A stretch of DNA of 64,000 bases from an uncultured delta proteobacterium (lineage in GTDB: Bacteria; Myxococcota; Myxococcia; SLRQ01): positions 352,001 to 416,000 of the forward strand of contig CAVSGM010000011.1 in the NCBI GenBank assembly GCA_963727485.1. Direction: 5' to 3'. The stretch's first letter is position 1, and each line of letters starts with the position of its first letter. Of this stretch, positions 29,653 to 44,300 are shown piece by piece. Made by a program: the position numbers and the translations under genes. The notes below the pieces were generated by a model, which was not told the origin of the DNA, did no database searches, and saw nothing but the letters and a program-made list of their open reading frames with translations.

Positions 29653-31293
29653 TTGATCGACATAGCACCACAGCTCGAACGGCACGTGATCCTCGGCGGG
29701 CTCATGGGCGCGGGCAAGTCGTCGGTGGCGCCGCTTCTCGGCGACCGCCTCCGGCTCCCGGTCCGTGATCTCGACGCGGAGATCGTGTCCCGGGCCGGCG
29801 TCTCCATCGCCGAGGTCTTCGCCTCGGAGGGGGAGCACGGCTTCCGGGCCCTCGAGCGCCAGCTCCTCGCCGAGTGCCTCGCCTCGCCGCCCGCCGTGGT
29901 GGCGGTCGGCGGCGGCGCCCTCTGCGAGGAGACGGCGTGGCGGGTCATCGAGGCCGCGGGGGCCGTCTCCGTGGTCCTCGGCGCCTCGCCGGAGGTCCTG
30001 GCCGGGCGCACCGCCGGCGACGACCGGCCCCTGTTGAGGGGGACGGACGCCGCCGGGCGTCGGGAACGTCTCGCCGAGCTCCTCCGGACCCGGGACCCCT
30101 GGTACCGGCGGGCCGACCGGCAGGTGGACACCACCGGCCGGAGCCTGGCGGAGGTCGCCGAAGCGGCGGCCGCCGCGGCCCTAGAGGTTGGGGCGGCCAC
30201 GGTTCCGGTACGGCTCGGGGCGCGCAGCTACCGGGTCTCGATCACCCCGACGGGGCTCGAGAACCTGGGCGCCGAGATGGCGCGCCGCCTGCCCCCCAAA
30301 GGTCCCCAGACCCGGGTGGGCCTGGTCAGCGACGACACGGTCATGGGCCTCCACGGGCCGGCGGCCGGGGCTTCGCTGAAGGCGGCTGGCTACGAGGTGG
30401 CGCAGGTCACCTTCCCCGCCGGCGAGGTCCACAAGCACCTGGGCACCTGGCAGTCGGTGGTGGACGGTCTCCTCGAGGCCGGCCTCCAGCGCGGCGCCCC
30501 GGTGGTGGCCCTCGGCGGCGGCGTCGTCGGCGACCTCGCGGGCTTCGCCGCGGCGAGCCTGCACCGGGGCTGCCCGGTGGTCCAGGTCCCCACGACCCTA
30601 CTGGCCATGGTGGACGCCTCGGTCGGCGGCAAGACCGGCGTCGACCACGCGGTGGGCAAGAACCTGGTCGGCGCCTTTCACCAGCCGTCCCTGGTCCACG
30701 CCGCCCTCGGCACCCTGGCCACCCTCCCGGAGCGCGAGTACGTCGCCGGTCTCGGCGAGGTCGTGAAGTACGCGCTCCTCGAGCCCGGTGGATCGCTCCT
30801 GGCGCGCCTCGAGGCGGAGCCCGAGGCGATCCTCGCCCGGCAGCCCGAGGTCCTGCACCCGCTGGTCCGCCGCTGCGTCGCCCTCAAGGCGGCCGTGGTC
30901 GAGGCCGACGAGGTCGAGGCCGGGGCCCGGCGCCAGCTCAACCTGGGCCACACCCTGGGCCACGCCCTGGAGGTCCACACCGGCTACGGCACCTGGCGTC
31001 ACGGCGAGGCGGTGGCCCTGGGGCTCCTCGCCGCCATCCGGGTGGGGACCGCCTTCGGCGACTGCCCGGCGGCCCTGGAGGCGCGGGTGGTCCGGCTCCT
31101 CGGGGCCCTGGGCCTCCCGACCGACCCGGCTCCCCTCCTGGACCCGACGGTCATCGCCCGGGTGGCGAGGGACAAGAAGATGTCCGGAGACGCCGTTCAC
31201 TTCGTGGTGCCTGTCGAGGGCGGAGGGGCCCGCGTCACCCCCCTCACGCTGGAAACGCTCCAATTGATTCTCATAGGAAGAGGAGAGGGATGA
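29653..31293 (+). CDS. aroKB: Bifunctional shikimate kinase / 3-dehydroquinate synthase
   Basis: N-terminal GLMGAGKSSV..DLD..GEHGFR..RPLL; C-terminal GGGVVGDLAGF, PTTLLAMVDASVGGKTG, NLGHTLGHA, HGEAV, DKK; continuous frame. Confidence 0.9.
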   Translation: MIDIAPQLERHVILGGLMGAGKSSVAPLLGDRLRLPVRDLDAEIVSRAGVSIAEVFASEGEHGFRALERQLLAECLASPPAVVAVGGGALCEETAWRVIEAAGAVSVVLGASPEVLAGRTAGDDRPLLRGTDAAGRRERLAELLRTRDPWYRRADRQVDTTGRSLAEVAEAAAAAALEVGAATVPVRLGARSYRVSITPTGLENLGAEMARRLPPKGPQTRVGLVSDDTVMGLHGPAAGASLKAAGYEVAQVTFPAGEVHKHLGTWQSVVDGLLEAGLQRGAPVVALGGGVVGDLAGFAAASLHRGCPVVQVPTTLLAMVDASVGGKTGVDHAVGKNLVGAFHQPSLVHAALGTLATLPEREYVAGLGEVVKYALLEPGGSLLARLEAEPEAILARQPEVLHPLVRRCVALKAAVVEADEVEAGARRQLNLGHTLGHALEVHTGYGTWRHGEAVALGLLAAIRVGTAFGDCPAALEARVVRLLGALGLPTDPAPLLDPTVIARVARDKKMSGDAVHFVVPVEGGGARVTPLTLETLQLILIGRGEG

Positions 31294-31963
31294 TGAAGAC
31301 CATCACAACGGTGGGCCTGCTGGCCCTGGTCGTGGCCGTCGGGGGGTGCGGCGTCCAGAACCGCACCAGCCTCGAGGTCACCAGCCCCCTGCATTGGAAG
31401 ATTGCCGCCGGGAGCTCGGCGGTGCCGCCGCCACCTGCGCGCTCGATAACAGCGTCCACGACGACGTACGGGGTCATGGACGTGGCGTTCCACGGGCTAG
31501 CACGTTCACCGAGCCTTTCGAGATCGTGAACAACATGCCGACAACCGACGACAACACCAACACCGGGCGACTGAACACCACCGACTTCGATGGTCAGCGG
31601 GTGGTGGCCGCCTACCTCGGCACCACCGACGCCACCACCACGGCGCTCTCGGGGCTGGCGGCCGCAGATCCCGGTCTCCGCGTACCATCTCCGCGGGTGG
31701 CGGCAACGATCCAGGGCAACCTGCCCCTCGATCCCCGCCAACGTGGGGAAGGCCATCGGTGCGGCCGTGGCCCCCAACGCCGGGGACTCCCAGACGGTGA
31801 TCGTCCGCTGGCGCCTCGATGGCGTCCGCAAGGACGGCATGGCGGTGAGCAGCGGCGACTACCAGTTCCCCGTCACCGTGTGCAATGGTTGCCTGGCCTG
31901 CCCCTCGGGGACCACCGCCGCCTTCTGCTAGCCCGGGCCAGAGCCCCGCTCATCTGCCAGTAG
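31290..31963 (+). CDS. Cys-containing lipoprotein, broken by several frameshifts
   Basis: MMKTITTVGLLALVVAVGG|C lipobox; protein-like segments in different frames (TCALD, YGVMDVAF, FTEPFEIVNNM..GRLNTTDF, YQFPVTVCNGCLACP, PGQSP..ICQ). Confidence 0.6.
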
Positions 31964-32070
31964 CGCTTCCCGCCGCCGGCCGGACCCCGGCCGTCCTCTT
32001 CTTCCTGCGCGCCTCCGGGACCCCGGGGGCGCGCGCCATTCGGGCCCCCGCCCCAAGGACCCAGGCTCCC

Positions 32071-33516
32071 GTGACCAAGGCCCCCGAGCACGACCCCGAG
32101 ACCGCCCCCATCCTCTCGGTGGTCATGCCCGCCTACAACGAGATCCTCACCATCCGGGAGATCCTCCGGCGGGTCGACGCGGTGCCGGTGGACAAGGAGA
32201 TCCTCGTCGTCGACGACGGGTCCTCCGACGGCACCCGCGAGCTGCTCACCGAGCTCGAACGGCGCTGGCCCGAGGAGCGCCACCCCTACACGCGCCTGCG
32301 GGTCTTCCTTCAGCCCGAGAACGGCGGCAAGGGCAAGGCCCTGCGCACCGGCATCGCCCAGGCCCGGGGCCAGGTCACGGTGATCCAGGACGCCGACCTC
32401 GAGTACGACCCGAACGACTACCCCAAGCTCATCGACCCCATCCTCCAGGGCGAGGCCGACGTGGTCTACGGCTCGCGGTTCACCGGGACGCCCCGGCGCG
32501 TGCTCTTCTACTGGCACTCCCTGGGCAACCGCCTGCTGACCACGGTGAGCAACATGCTCACCGACCTCAACCTCACGGACATGGAGACCTGCTACAAGGC
32601 CTTCCGCACCGAGGCCATCCAGGCCATCCCCCTGCGCGAGGACCGCTTCGGCTTCGAGCCCGAGGTCACCGCCAAGATCGCCAAGCTGGGCCTGCGGATC
32701 TACGAGGTCCCCGTCAGCTACCACGGCCGCTCCTACGCCGAGGGCAAGAAGATCGGCTGGCGCGACGGGGTCGAGGCCTTCCGGGTGATGTTCCGCTACC
32801 AGCTCCACGACGACGTGGACCCGGAGAGGGTGGGGCACCGGACCCTGGAGATCCTCAAGGCCGGCGCCTACAACCGCTGGCTCTTCCAGCAGCTCCGGCC
32901 CCACCTCGGCCGCCGGGTCCTGGAGGTGGGCAGCGGCATCGGCAACCTCACCGAGCAGCTCCTCGACCGGGAGCAGGTCGTCGCCACCGACATCGACCCC
33001 GAGCACCTCCGGCGCCTCGAGGCCCGGGTGGGGCGCTTCGAGAACGCCGAGATCCACCCCTTCGACCTCGAGGCGCCCCCGCCGCCCGAGGTGGTCGCCG
33101 CCCGGTGTGACACCGCCCTGTGCGTGAACGTCCTCGAGCACATCGAGGACGACGCCGCGGCCCTCGCCCACATCCGCGAGGCGCTGGCCCCCGAGGGGCG
33201 CCTGGTGCTCCTGGTCCCGGCCCACCCCTTCGCCTACGGCACCCTGGACCAGGGGCTGGGGCACTTCCGCCGCTACGACCGCCGGGCGCTCTCCGACGTC
33301 CTGGCCCGGGCCGGGTTCGTGGTGGAGTCCATGGAGAGCCTCAACGCCGTGGGGCTCGCCGGCTGGTGGCTCAACAGCCGGGTGGCGCGCCGCGCCCTCA
33401 TCCCCGAGGGCCAGGCCCGGTTCGTGGACGAGCTCATCCCCTGGCTGGAGGTGGAGCGCCGTCTCGACCTCCCGGTGGGGCTCTCGCTGGTCGCCGTGGC
33501 CCGGGCCGCGCCTTGA
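32071..33516 (+). CDS. GT2 polyprenol-phosphate glycosyltransferase (DPM-synthase-like) fused to a class I SAM methyltransferase
   Basis: LSVVMPAYNE, VVDDGSSDGT, NGGKGKA, IQDADLEYDP, VYGSRF, TDMETCYK, FGFEPE; second domain VLEVGSGIG, NVLEHI, GHFRRY. Confidence 0.88.
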   Translation: MTKAPEHDPETAPILSVVMPAYNEILTIREILRRVDAVPVDKEILVVDDGSSDGTRELLTELERRWPEERHPYTRLRVFLQPENGGKGKALRTGIAQARGQVTVIQDADLEYDPNDYPKLIDPILQGEADVVYGSRFTGTPRRVLFYWHSLGNRLLTTVSNMLTDLNLTDMETCYKAFRTEAIQAIPLREDRFGFEPEVTAKIAKLGLRIYEVPVSYHGRSYAEGKKIGWRDGVEAFRVMFRYQLHDDVDPERVGHRTLEILKAGAYNRWLFQQLRPHLGRRVLEVGSGIGNLTEQLLDREQVVATDIDPEHLRRLEARVGRFENAEIHPFDLEAPPPPEVVAARCDTALCVNVLEHIEDDAAALAHIREALAPEGRLVLLVPAHPFAYGTLDQGLGHFRRYDRRALSDVLARAGFVVESMESLNAVGLAGWWLNSRVARRALIPEGQARFVDELIPWLEVERRLDLPVGLSLVAVARAAP

Positions 33517-33579
33517 CTTTCCCGGGGGGCGCGGCTACGAACGCCGCACTTGGTCCCGGCCACTGACGAAGGAGCCGCC

Positions 33580-33952
33580 ATGGGTTTCCGCGAGCATCTG
33601 GAGGAGATGGTACGCGGCGTCGACGGCGCCGTCGCTGCCAGTGTCATGGGTTTCGACGGCATCGCCATCGACACCGTCGAGACCGGTGTGGAGGGGGCGG
33701 CCTCGGCCCTGGACATCCCCACCATGCTCATCGAGTACACCAACATCTTGAGCCAGCTCCGGCAGGCCGCCGAGGTCCTGGAGTCGGGGAACGTGGTGGA
33801 GCTCTCCATCGGCACCGAGAAGCTCACCACCCTGGCCCGGGCGCTCACCGACGAGTACTTCGCCGTCCTCGCCGTGGCCCCGGAGGCGAGCCTGGGCAAG
33901 GCCCGCTACGTCCTCCGCGATCAACGCCCCCAAGATCAAGGCGGAGCTCTAG
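33580..33952 (+). CDS. mglC: Roadblock/LC7 protein, MglC-like (one extra base at ~33918)
   Basis: MGFREHLEEMVRGVDGAVAASVMGFDGIAID...LGKARYVLR/INAPKIKAEL-stop after correction; located between pilQ and efp as recalled for myxobacteria. Confidence 0.75.
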
Positions 33953-33978
33953 GCCACGGGCGCCGGCTCCGACGAACC

Positions 33979-34458
33979 TTGAAGGTCCTCGTGCTACACG
34001 GTCCCAACCTCGATCTCCTGGGGCGCCGGGACCCGGCCCACTACGGCCGCGAGACCCTCGACCAGATCGACGGCCACCTCGCCGAGGTGGCCCGGACCCG
34101 CGGCGCCGAGGTGGACTCGCGCCAGTCGAACCGCGAGGGCGAGCTCATCGAGGCCCTCCACCAGGCCGCCTTCGGGGGCGAGGGCGGCGGCCCCACCGTC
34201 GCCGCCGTGGTGCTGAATCCCGGCGGCTACGCCCACACCTCGGTCGCCCTCCGGGACGCCGTGGAGGCCGCCGTGGCCTCCGGTCTCCCGGTGGTCGAGG
34301 TGCACCTCTCGAACGTCCACGCCCGCGAGCCCTTCCGGCAGCGCCTCCTCACCGGGAGCGCCGCCAGCGGGGTGGTCACCGGCCTCGGCGCCCTCTCCTA
34401 CGAGACGGGCCTGATGGCCGCCCTGACCCTCGCGGACAAACCCACCCAAGGAGCCTGA
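33979..34458 (+). CDS. aroQ: Type II 3-dehydroquinate dehydratase
   Basis: VLVLHGPNLDLLGRRDPAHYG, QSNREG, NPGGYAHTSVALRDA, EVHLSNVHAREPFR. Confidence 0.93.
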   Translation: MKVLVLHGPNLDLLGRRDPAHYGRETLDQIDGHLAEVARTRGAEVDSRQSNREGELIEALHQAAFGGEGGGPTVAAVVLNPGGYAHTSVALRDAVEAAVASGLPVVEVHLSNVHAREPFRQRLLTGSAASGVVTGLGALSYETGLMAALTLADKPTQGA

Positions 34459-34461
34459 TCG

Positions 34462-35023
34462 ATGTTGTCCACCACCGACTTCCGCAAGGGACTCAAGCTG
34501 ATGATCGAGGGCCAGCCCTGCATCATCATCGACTTCCAGCACGTCAAGCCCGGCAAGGGCGGGGCCTTCGTGCGTACCAAGTGGCGCAACATCCTCACCG
34601 GCAACGTGAACGAGCGGAACTTCCGCTCCGGTGACAAGTTCGACAAGCCCGACCTCGAAGAGAAGACCATGCAGTACCTCTACGTCGAGGGCGACAACTT
34701 CTACTTCATGGACACCAGCACCTACGAGCAGACGTTCATCACCCGGGCGGCCCTGGGCGATGCCACCAACTTCCTCAAGGAGAACATCGAGTGCTCGGTG
34801 CTCTTCTTCGAGGGGAAGGTCATCGGGGTGGACCTGCCGAACACCGTGGAGCTCCAGAATCACCCAGTGCAATCCCGGGGTGAAGGGCGACACGGTCTCC
34901 GGGGCCACCAAGCCGGCCACGATGGAGACCGGCTACACGGTGAACGTCCCGCTCTTCATCAACGAGGGCGACGTCCTCAGGATCGACACGCGCACCGGCG
35001 AGTACGTCGAGCGCGTGGGTTGA
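34462..35023 (+). CDS. efp: Elongation factor P (frameshift at ~34859)
   Basis: [12 protein letters not shown]; after correction [40 protein letters not shown]. Confidence 0.95.
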
Positions 35024-35129
35024 CGACCGGGGGCGTGGCATCCGGCCGCGCCCATCTTTGCACAGGGCGCCCCCCGCGGGCGCCAGGCGGGGCTGGTGGC
35101 GGGGGGCGCCGGGCCCGGGGGTGGACACC

Positions 35130-35597
<468 letters not shown>

Positions 35598-35609
35598 GGG
35601 ACGGCCTCC

Positions 35610-36962
35610 ATGTTCGACAAAATCCTCATCGCCAACCGCGGCGAGATCGCCCTGCGGATCATCCGGGCGGCCCGGGAGATGGGCATCGCCACCGTGGCGG
35701 TCCACTCCACCGCCGACGCCGAGGCGGCCCACGTGCGCTTCGCCGACGAATCGGTGTGCATCGGGCCCGCCCCCTCGGCCCAGAGCTACCTCAACGTCCC
35801 GGCCCTGATGTCGGCGGCGGAGGTCACCGGCGCCGACGCGGTCCACCCGGGCTACGGCTTCCTTTCGGAGAACGCCGAGTTCGCCGAGGTCTGCATCTCC
35901 TGCGGCCTCACCTGGATCGGCCCGCCGCCGGCCGTCATCAAGCTGATGGGCAACAAGGTCCGGGCCCGGGAGGCCATGGCCAAGGCCGGCCTGCCGCTCC
36001 TCCCCGGCTCCCCGGGGCCGCTGTCCAACGTCGCCGAGGCCGAGGCCCTGGCCCAGGAGATCGGCTTCCCGGTGATCCTCAAGGCCTCCGCCGGCGGCGG
36101 CGGCCGGGGGATGAAGATCGTCTGGGACATCGAGCAGCTCGGGCGCGCCTTCCAGACCGCCAGCGCCGAGGCCATGGCCGCCTTCGGCAGCGGCGAGATG
36201 TACCTCGAGCGCTACGTGGAGAAGCCCCGGCACATCGAGATCCAGGTCCTGGGCGACCAGCACGGCAACCTCATCCACCTCGGCGAGCGTGAGTGCTCGG
36301 TCCAGCGCCGCCACCAGAAGCTGGTGGAGGAGTCCCCGTCCGCGGTCATCACCCCGGCGATGCGCAAGAAGATGGGCGACACCACCGTCCGGGCCCTGAA
36401 GAAGGTCGGCTACGAGTCGGTGGGCACGGTGGAGTACCTCCTCGACGAGAACGGGCAGTTCTACTTCATGGAGACCAACACCCGGATCCAGGTGGAGCAC
36501 CCGGTCACCGAGGTGGTCACCGGCATCGACCTGGTCCGGGAGCAGATCCGGGTCGCCACCGGCGAGCCCCTCGGCCGCAAGCAGTCCGACGTGACCTTCC
36601 GGGGCCACGCCATCGAGGTGCGGATCAACGCCGAGGACCCGGTGACCTTCGCCCCCTCGCCGGGGACCATCACCGGCTACCACCCCCCGGGCGGCTTCGG
36701 GGTCCGGGTGGACACGGCGATCTACGAGCAGTACCGGGTCCTGCCCTACTACGACAGCCTCCTGGCCAAGCTCATCGTCTATGGCGAGGATCGGGACGTG
36801 GCCCTGCGGCGGCTCCGGCGGTGCCTCAAGGAGTTCGTGGTCGAGGGGATCTCCACCAACATCGCCTTCCACAAGCGGATCGTCACCAACCCGGCCTTCG
36901 TCGCCGGCGAGTACGACACCCGGCTGGTGGCCCAGATCCTCGCCGAGGACGACGCTGCCTAG
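35610..36962 (+). CDS. accC: Acetyl-CoA carboxylase biotin carboxylase
   Basis: KILIANRGEIA, HPGYGFLSENA, GGGGRGM, RECSVQRRHQK, NTRIQVEH, YYDSLLAK. Confidence 0.96.
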   Translation: MFDKILIANRGEIALRIIRAAREMGIATVAVHSTADAEAAHVRFADESVCIGPAPSAQSYLNVPALMSAAEVTGADAVHPGYGFLSENAEFAEVCISCGLTWIGPPPAVIKLMGNKVRAREAMAKAGLPLLPGSPGPLSNVAEAEALAQEIGFPVILKASAGGGGRGMKIVWDIEQLGRAFQTASAEAMAAFGSGEMYLERYVEKPRHIEIQVLGDQHGNLIHLGERECSVQRRHQKLVEESPSAVITPAMRKKMGDTTVRALKKVGYESVGTVEYLLDENGQFYFMETNTRIQVEHPVTEVVTGIDLVREQIRVATGEPLGRKQSDVTFRGHAIEVRINAEDPVTFAPSPGTITGYHPPGGFGVRVDTAIYEQYRVLPYYDSLLAKLIVYGEDRDVALRRLRRCLKEFVVEGISTNIAFHKRIVTNPAFVAGEYDTRLVAQILAEDDAA

Positions 36963-37227
36963 GGCCGCGAAACCCCGCGTTTCAGGTAGGGTTTTGACGC
37001 GGGACCGGGGGTGGGGACTGCCCTTGACGCCCCGGCGGAATCCTTCGGTACCGTGAACCTTGCCGCGCCAGTCGGGGCTGGCTGGGTCGGGGGTTTGCAA
37101 CCACCTGAATTTAGAAGGGTTTCAATGCTCTCGGCCCCCAGGGTCAGCCTCGTCGGAGATGGGCTTCGGGTCGTGGCGCGGCCTGCTGCGTCCGTGAAGG
37201 GTGGGGCGGTCGCCGCCCAAGGCGTCC

Positions 37228-40248
<3,021 letters not shown>

Positions 40249-40266
40249 GGCCGACGAGTGTCACTC

Positions 40267-41208
40267 ATGAACTATCTCGAGTTCTACGGCCTCGGCCAGG
40301 AGCCCTTCTCCAACGCGCCGGTGAGCCGCTTCTACTACAACAGCACCCAGCACGCCGAGGCCCTCCTGCGGCTGATGCACGCCGTGGAGAACATGAAGGG
40401 CCTGGCCATCTGCGTCGGCGACATCGGGCGCGGCAAGACCACGCTGGCCCGGCGGATGCTCGACAACCTCCCGGAGGCCGAGTACGAGGCGGCGCTCCTG
40501 GTGATCATCCACTCGGGCATCACTGCCTCCTGGCTGCTCAAGCGCATCGCCCTCCAGCTCGGGGTCGAGAGCCCCGCCGAGGAGAAGCTGGCGCTGCTCT
40601 CCCAGCTCTACCAGCGCCTGGTCCAGATCTACGAGGAGGGCCGCAAGGCGGTGGTCCTCATCGACGAGGCCCAGATGCTCGCCACCCGGGAGATCATGGA
40701 GGAGTTCCGGGGCCTGCTCAACCTCGAGGTCCCCGAGCGCAAGCTCCTCTCGTTCGTGTTCTTCGGCCTCCCCGAGATCGAGGAGAACCTCAAGCTCGAC
40801 CCGCCGCTGGCCCAGCGGGTGGCCCTCAAGTACCGGCTGGTGCCCTTCGACCTCGCGAGCACCGAGGCCTACGTGAAGCACCGCCTGCGCCTCGCCGGCG
40901 CCTCCCGGGTGCCCTTCGACGCCGAGGCCCTCCAGGTGATCCACCGGTACGCCGGCGGCACCCCCCGGGTCATCAACACCTTCTGCGACAACGCCCTCTT
41001 CGAGGGGTTCGTGGCCCGGCAGGAGACCATCGACGGCAAGCTGATGGAGCGCATCGCCCGGGATCTCGGCCTCCACGAGGCCCTCGAGGCCCAGCAGCGG
41101 ACCACCGCCCAGCGCCAGGCCGGCCTCATCCCCGAGCCCGAGGCCCGGCCCGCCCGGGTCGACCTCGCCGAGATCGACCGCTACCTCGAGTCGCTGAAGA
41201 CCGGCTGA
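40267..41208 (+). CDS. ExeA/GspA-family AAA ATPase
   Basis: YLEFYGLGQEPFS, Walker A GDIGRGKTT, Walker B LIDEAQ, GTPRVINTFCDNAL. Confidence 0.88.
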   Translation: MNYLEFYGLGQEPFSNAPVSRFYYNSTQHAEALLRLMHAVENMKGLAICVGDIGRGKTTLARRMLDNLPEAEYEAALLVIIHSGITASWLLKRIALQLGVESPAEEKLALLSQLYQRLVQIYEEGRKAVVLIDEAQMLATREIMEEFRGLLNLEVPERKLLSFVFFGLPEIEENLKLDPPLAQRVALKYRLVPFDLASTEAYVKHRLRLAGASRVPFDAEALQVIHRYAGGTPRVINTFCDNALFEGFVARQETIDGKLMERIARDLGLHEALEAQQRTTAQRQAGLIPEPEARPARVDLAEIDRYLESLKTG

Positions 41209-41318
41209 GAGGGGCCGCCAGGGCCGGAAAGGCCCTGGAAAACCTGGAGATCCGGGGCGCCTGAGCGCTAGAATACCGGGCCGCACCCGCGCGGCCCCGG
41301 ATCCGTGGGCCCTCCTCG

Positions 41319-44300
41319 ATGCGCCGTCGTCTCGCCATCGCCTTTCTCGCCTCGGTGGTCGGCCTCGTGGCCGCCGCCGTGGCCTTCGTGCGCACCCAGG
41401 CAGCCGGGGACCTCACCTGTGACTACCTGATGCGCGAAGGCTCCCGGCGCCTCGGGGGCACGGTCACCATCGGGCGCTGCGACATCCACCCGTTGCGGGT
41501 CGAGCTGGTCCTCCACCGGGTCAAGGTGGTGGTGCCCGAAGCGGGCGTCACCGCCACCGCCCGGCGCGTCGACGCCCGGCTCCGGGAGCTCCAGGGCATC
41601 GGCGGCAAGCTCACCCTCGACCGGCTCGAGGTCGCCCAGCCGGTGATCGAGATCCGACCGCCGGCCGGGCCGCCCCGGTCCACGCCGCCCTCGTCCACGC
41701 CGACCTGCGAGGCGCCGCGGCTGCCCTTCCGTCTCCTCGCCGGGGCCGTCCGGGGGGCGCGGGTGGACGTGGTCCTCCCGGACGGGCGGGCGGTCCACGC
41801 CCGGGACCTGACCCTCCTCACCACCGGGGACGGCCCGGTGCAGCGTCTCCGGCTCACCGCCGGGCGGGTCGCGATCCATGACGATGGCGACCGGCTCGCC
41901 ACCTCGGTGGAGGCGCGGCTCCAGGTCGACCCCAGCGTCCCCGAGGTCCGGGTCGACGCCCTCTCCGCCGAGAGCGGGGACCTGCGGGTGGGGCTCAAGG
42001 GCACCGCCCGGGACCTCTGCCACCCGCGCCTCGACGCCACCGTCGCCGCCACCGGCTCCCTGGCCCGGCTCTTCGAGGCCCTGCATCTCCCCGACGCGGA
42101 CGAGGTCTCGGGGCGGGTCGCCCTCACCGGGCGCGTCAGCGGCGCCGCCACCCACCCCGACGCCACCGGGAGCCTCGAGGTGGTCGACGGGCGGGTGGGC
42201 CACTTCCGCGTGGGCAACGCCCGGGTCGAGGGCTCGGTCCACGGGGACCGGATCGAGCTCGCCAAGGTGCACACCGATGCCATCGGCGGGACGGCGGACG
42301 CCCGGGCCAGCATCCTCCTGGCGCCGGGGCTTCCCACCACCGTCACCGCCTCCGCCCGGGGCGCCTCCCTCGAGGGCCTGGTCTCGGCCCTCGGCGAGCC
42401 CGGGAGCTGGGCCGGGGGCCACCTGGAGGTCCACGCCTCGGTCACCGGCACCCTGGCCCCGGTGCACCTCGCCGGCGACGCGCGGGTGGACCTCAAGGGC
42501 TTCCAGGTCCTGGACCGCAGCGTCTACCGGGGTCCGGCCACCGACGACGACACCATCCTCACCCTGCCGCCGACCCGCATCGACGGGTCGGTGGTCTTCA
42601 GCGCCGGGGGCGTCGACGTGCCCCGGGCGCGGATCCGCCTGGCGCGCTCCGAGGCCGTCGCCCGGGGCCACTTCCCCTTCGACCTCGACCACGACCTCGA
42701 CGTGGACGTGGACCTCGACCATGTCGACCTCGCGGAGATCGACCGGATCGCCGATCTCCCGTTCCGGGGCCAGCTCGACGGCAAGACCCACCTCGGCGGG
42801 GTCTACAACAGCCCCCTCATCGACGGCCACGCCGAGGTGCGGGGCTTGGTCTTCGACGGCCTCGACGCCGGGGTGGGCTACGCCGACGTCCACTACGCCG
42901 ACCGGGTTCTCTCCCTGACCCAGGCCCACGGCCAGCGCGGGCGCACCGCCTACAGCCTCGACCGGTTCTCGGTGCGCCTCAAGCCCTCGCCGGTGAAGAT
43001 GGACATCCAGGTGAGCAGCGACGACGGCCGGGTGGAGGACGTGGTCGACGCGCTCCAGGACTTCCACCCCCTGGCGAAGCGCTTCCTCGGCGCCCGGGGG
43101 CGCCTCCACGGGATGGTGCACCTCACCGGCGTGAAGAAGACCCTGACCACCACCGTCGACGCCACCGCCACCGACGGGGTCCTCTTCGGCCAGCACTACC
43201 AGCGGGTGCGCATCCGCGGGAAGCTGGCGCGGCGCCAGCGCTATGAGCTCGACGAGGTGGTGGCGAACCTCGACACCGGCAGCCGCCTGCTGGTGCGGGG
43301 CTACGCGGTGGACGGCGGGCCGCTGGGCCTCTCCGTGAGCGCCCGCAACGTCCCGGTGAAGACCCTGCAGCCCCTGGCCCACCTGCCGATCTCCGGGCAG
43401 CTCTCCGGGGACCTGGTGGTCGGAGGCACCTGGGACCACCCCAAGGCCAGCGGCGGGGCGTCGCTCCTCGCGGGCGCCTGGCACGGGGTGACGCTGCGGC
43501 CGATGCGCCTCCAGATCGGCCTCGACGGCACCCGGCTCCACCTCGCCGGCCAGCTCTCGGGCAAGGCCATCACCGGCACCGCCGATCTCGACCTCGGCCG
43601 ACCCCACCGGTTCCAGGTGGACCTCGCCGTCCAGGAGCCCACCCTCACCCGGTGGATCCCCCCGGCCACAGTCCTGCCCAAGCAGCTCCAGGGCTGGCAG
43701 GGCGAGGCGGCCGGGCACCTGGTCCTCTCCGGCGTCCTCGGGGCGCCGGGGAGCTACGCCGGATCCGTCGACCTCTCGCGCTTCGCGGTGCACAAGGGGG
43801 AGCTCCAGCGTCGCCGCCGACGGGCCGGTGAAGCTCTCGGTGGCGGCCGGCACCACCACCATCGGCCACCTGGTCCTCGCCGGGCCCCGGTCCAAGCTCA
43901 CCATCACCGGTGCCCGGGGCCCCCGGGGCGACCTCGACCTCGCCCTCCAGGGCGGCGCCGACCTCAAGCTCCTGGAGACCTGGCTGCCCCGGGTGGAGCA
44001 CGCCGGCGGGGTCCTCCAGATGCAGGCCACCGTCTCCGGGACCTTCCGGGATCCGGTGATGGTGGGCTCGGCCCACGTGCAGGACGCCAGCGTCACCGTG
44101 GCCGGGGCGCCGCTGGCGGTCAGCCAGGTCTCCGGGGACGTGGCCTTCTCCCAGAACCGGGTCCTCCTCGAGGGGCTCACCGGCGTCGCCGGCCGGGGCC
44201 GGGTCCAGATCGGCGGCGAGCTCTCGCTCCGGCGCTTCCTCCCCGAGAAGCTCCGCCTCGCCGCCCAGGTCGACGGGGTCCACCTCGACCTCCCCGAGGG

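Noticed and set aside
29653..31293. aroK-aroB fusion and pilQ-aroKB linkage as a novelty
   Set aside because: Both the fusion and the linkage to pilMNOPQ are known in other bacteria.
33550..34458. Roadblock (MglC)-AroQ fusion protein
   Set aside because: Removing one base at ~33918 gives a normal roadblock C-terminus and a TAG at 33950-33952; aroQ has its own TTG start.
34462..35023. Programmed frameshifting or pseudogenisation of efp, pilM and tolB
   Set aside because: No slippery sites; both halves are well conserved; all share the GATC insertion pattern expected of sequencing error.
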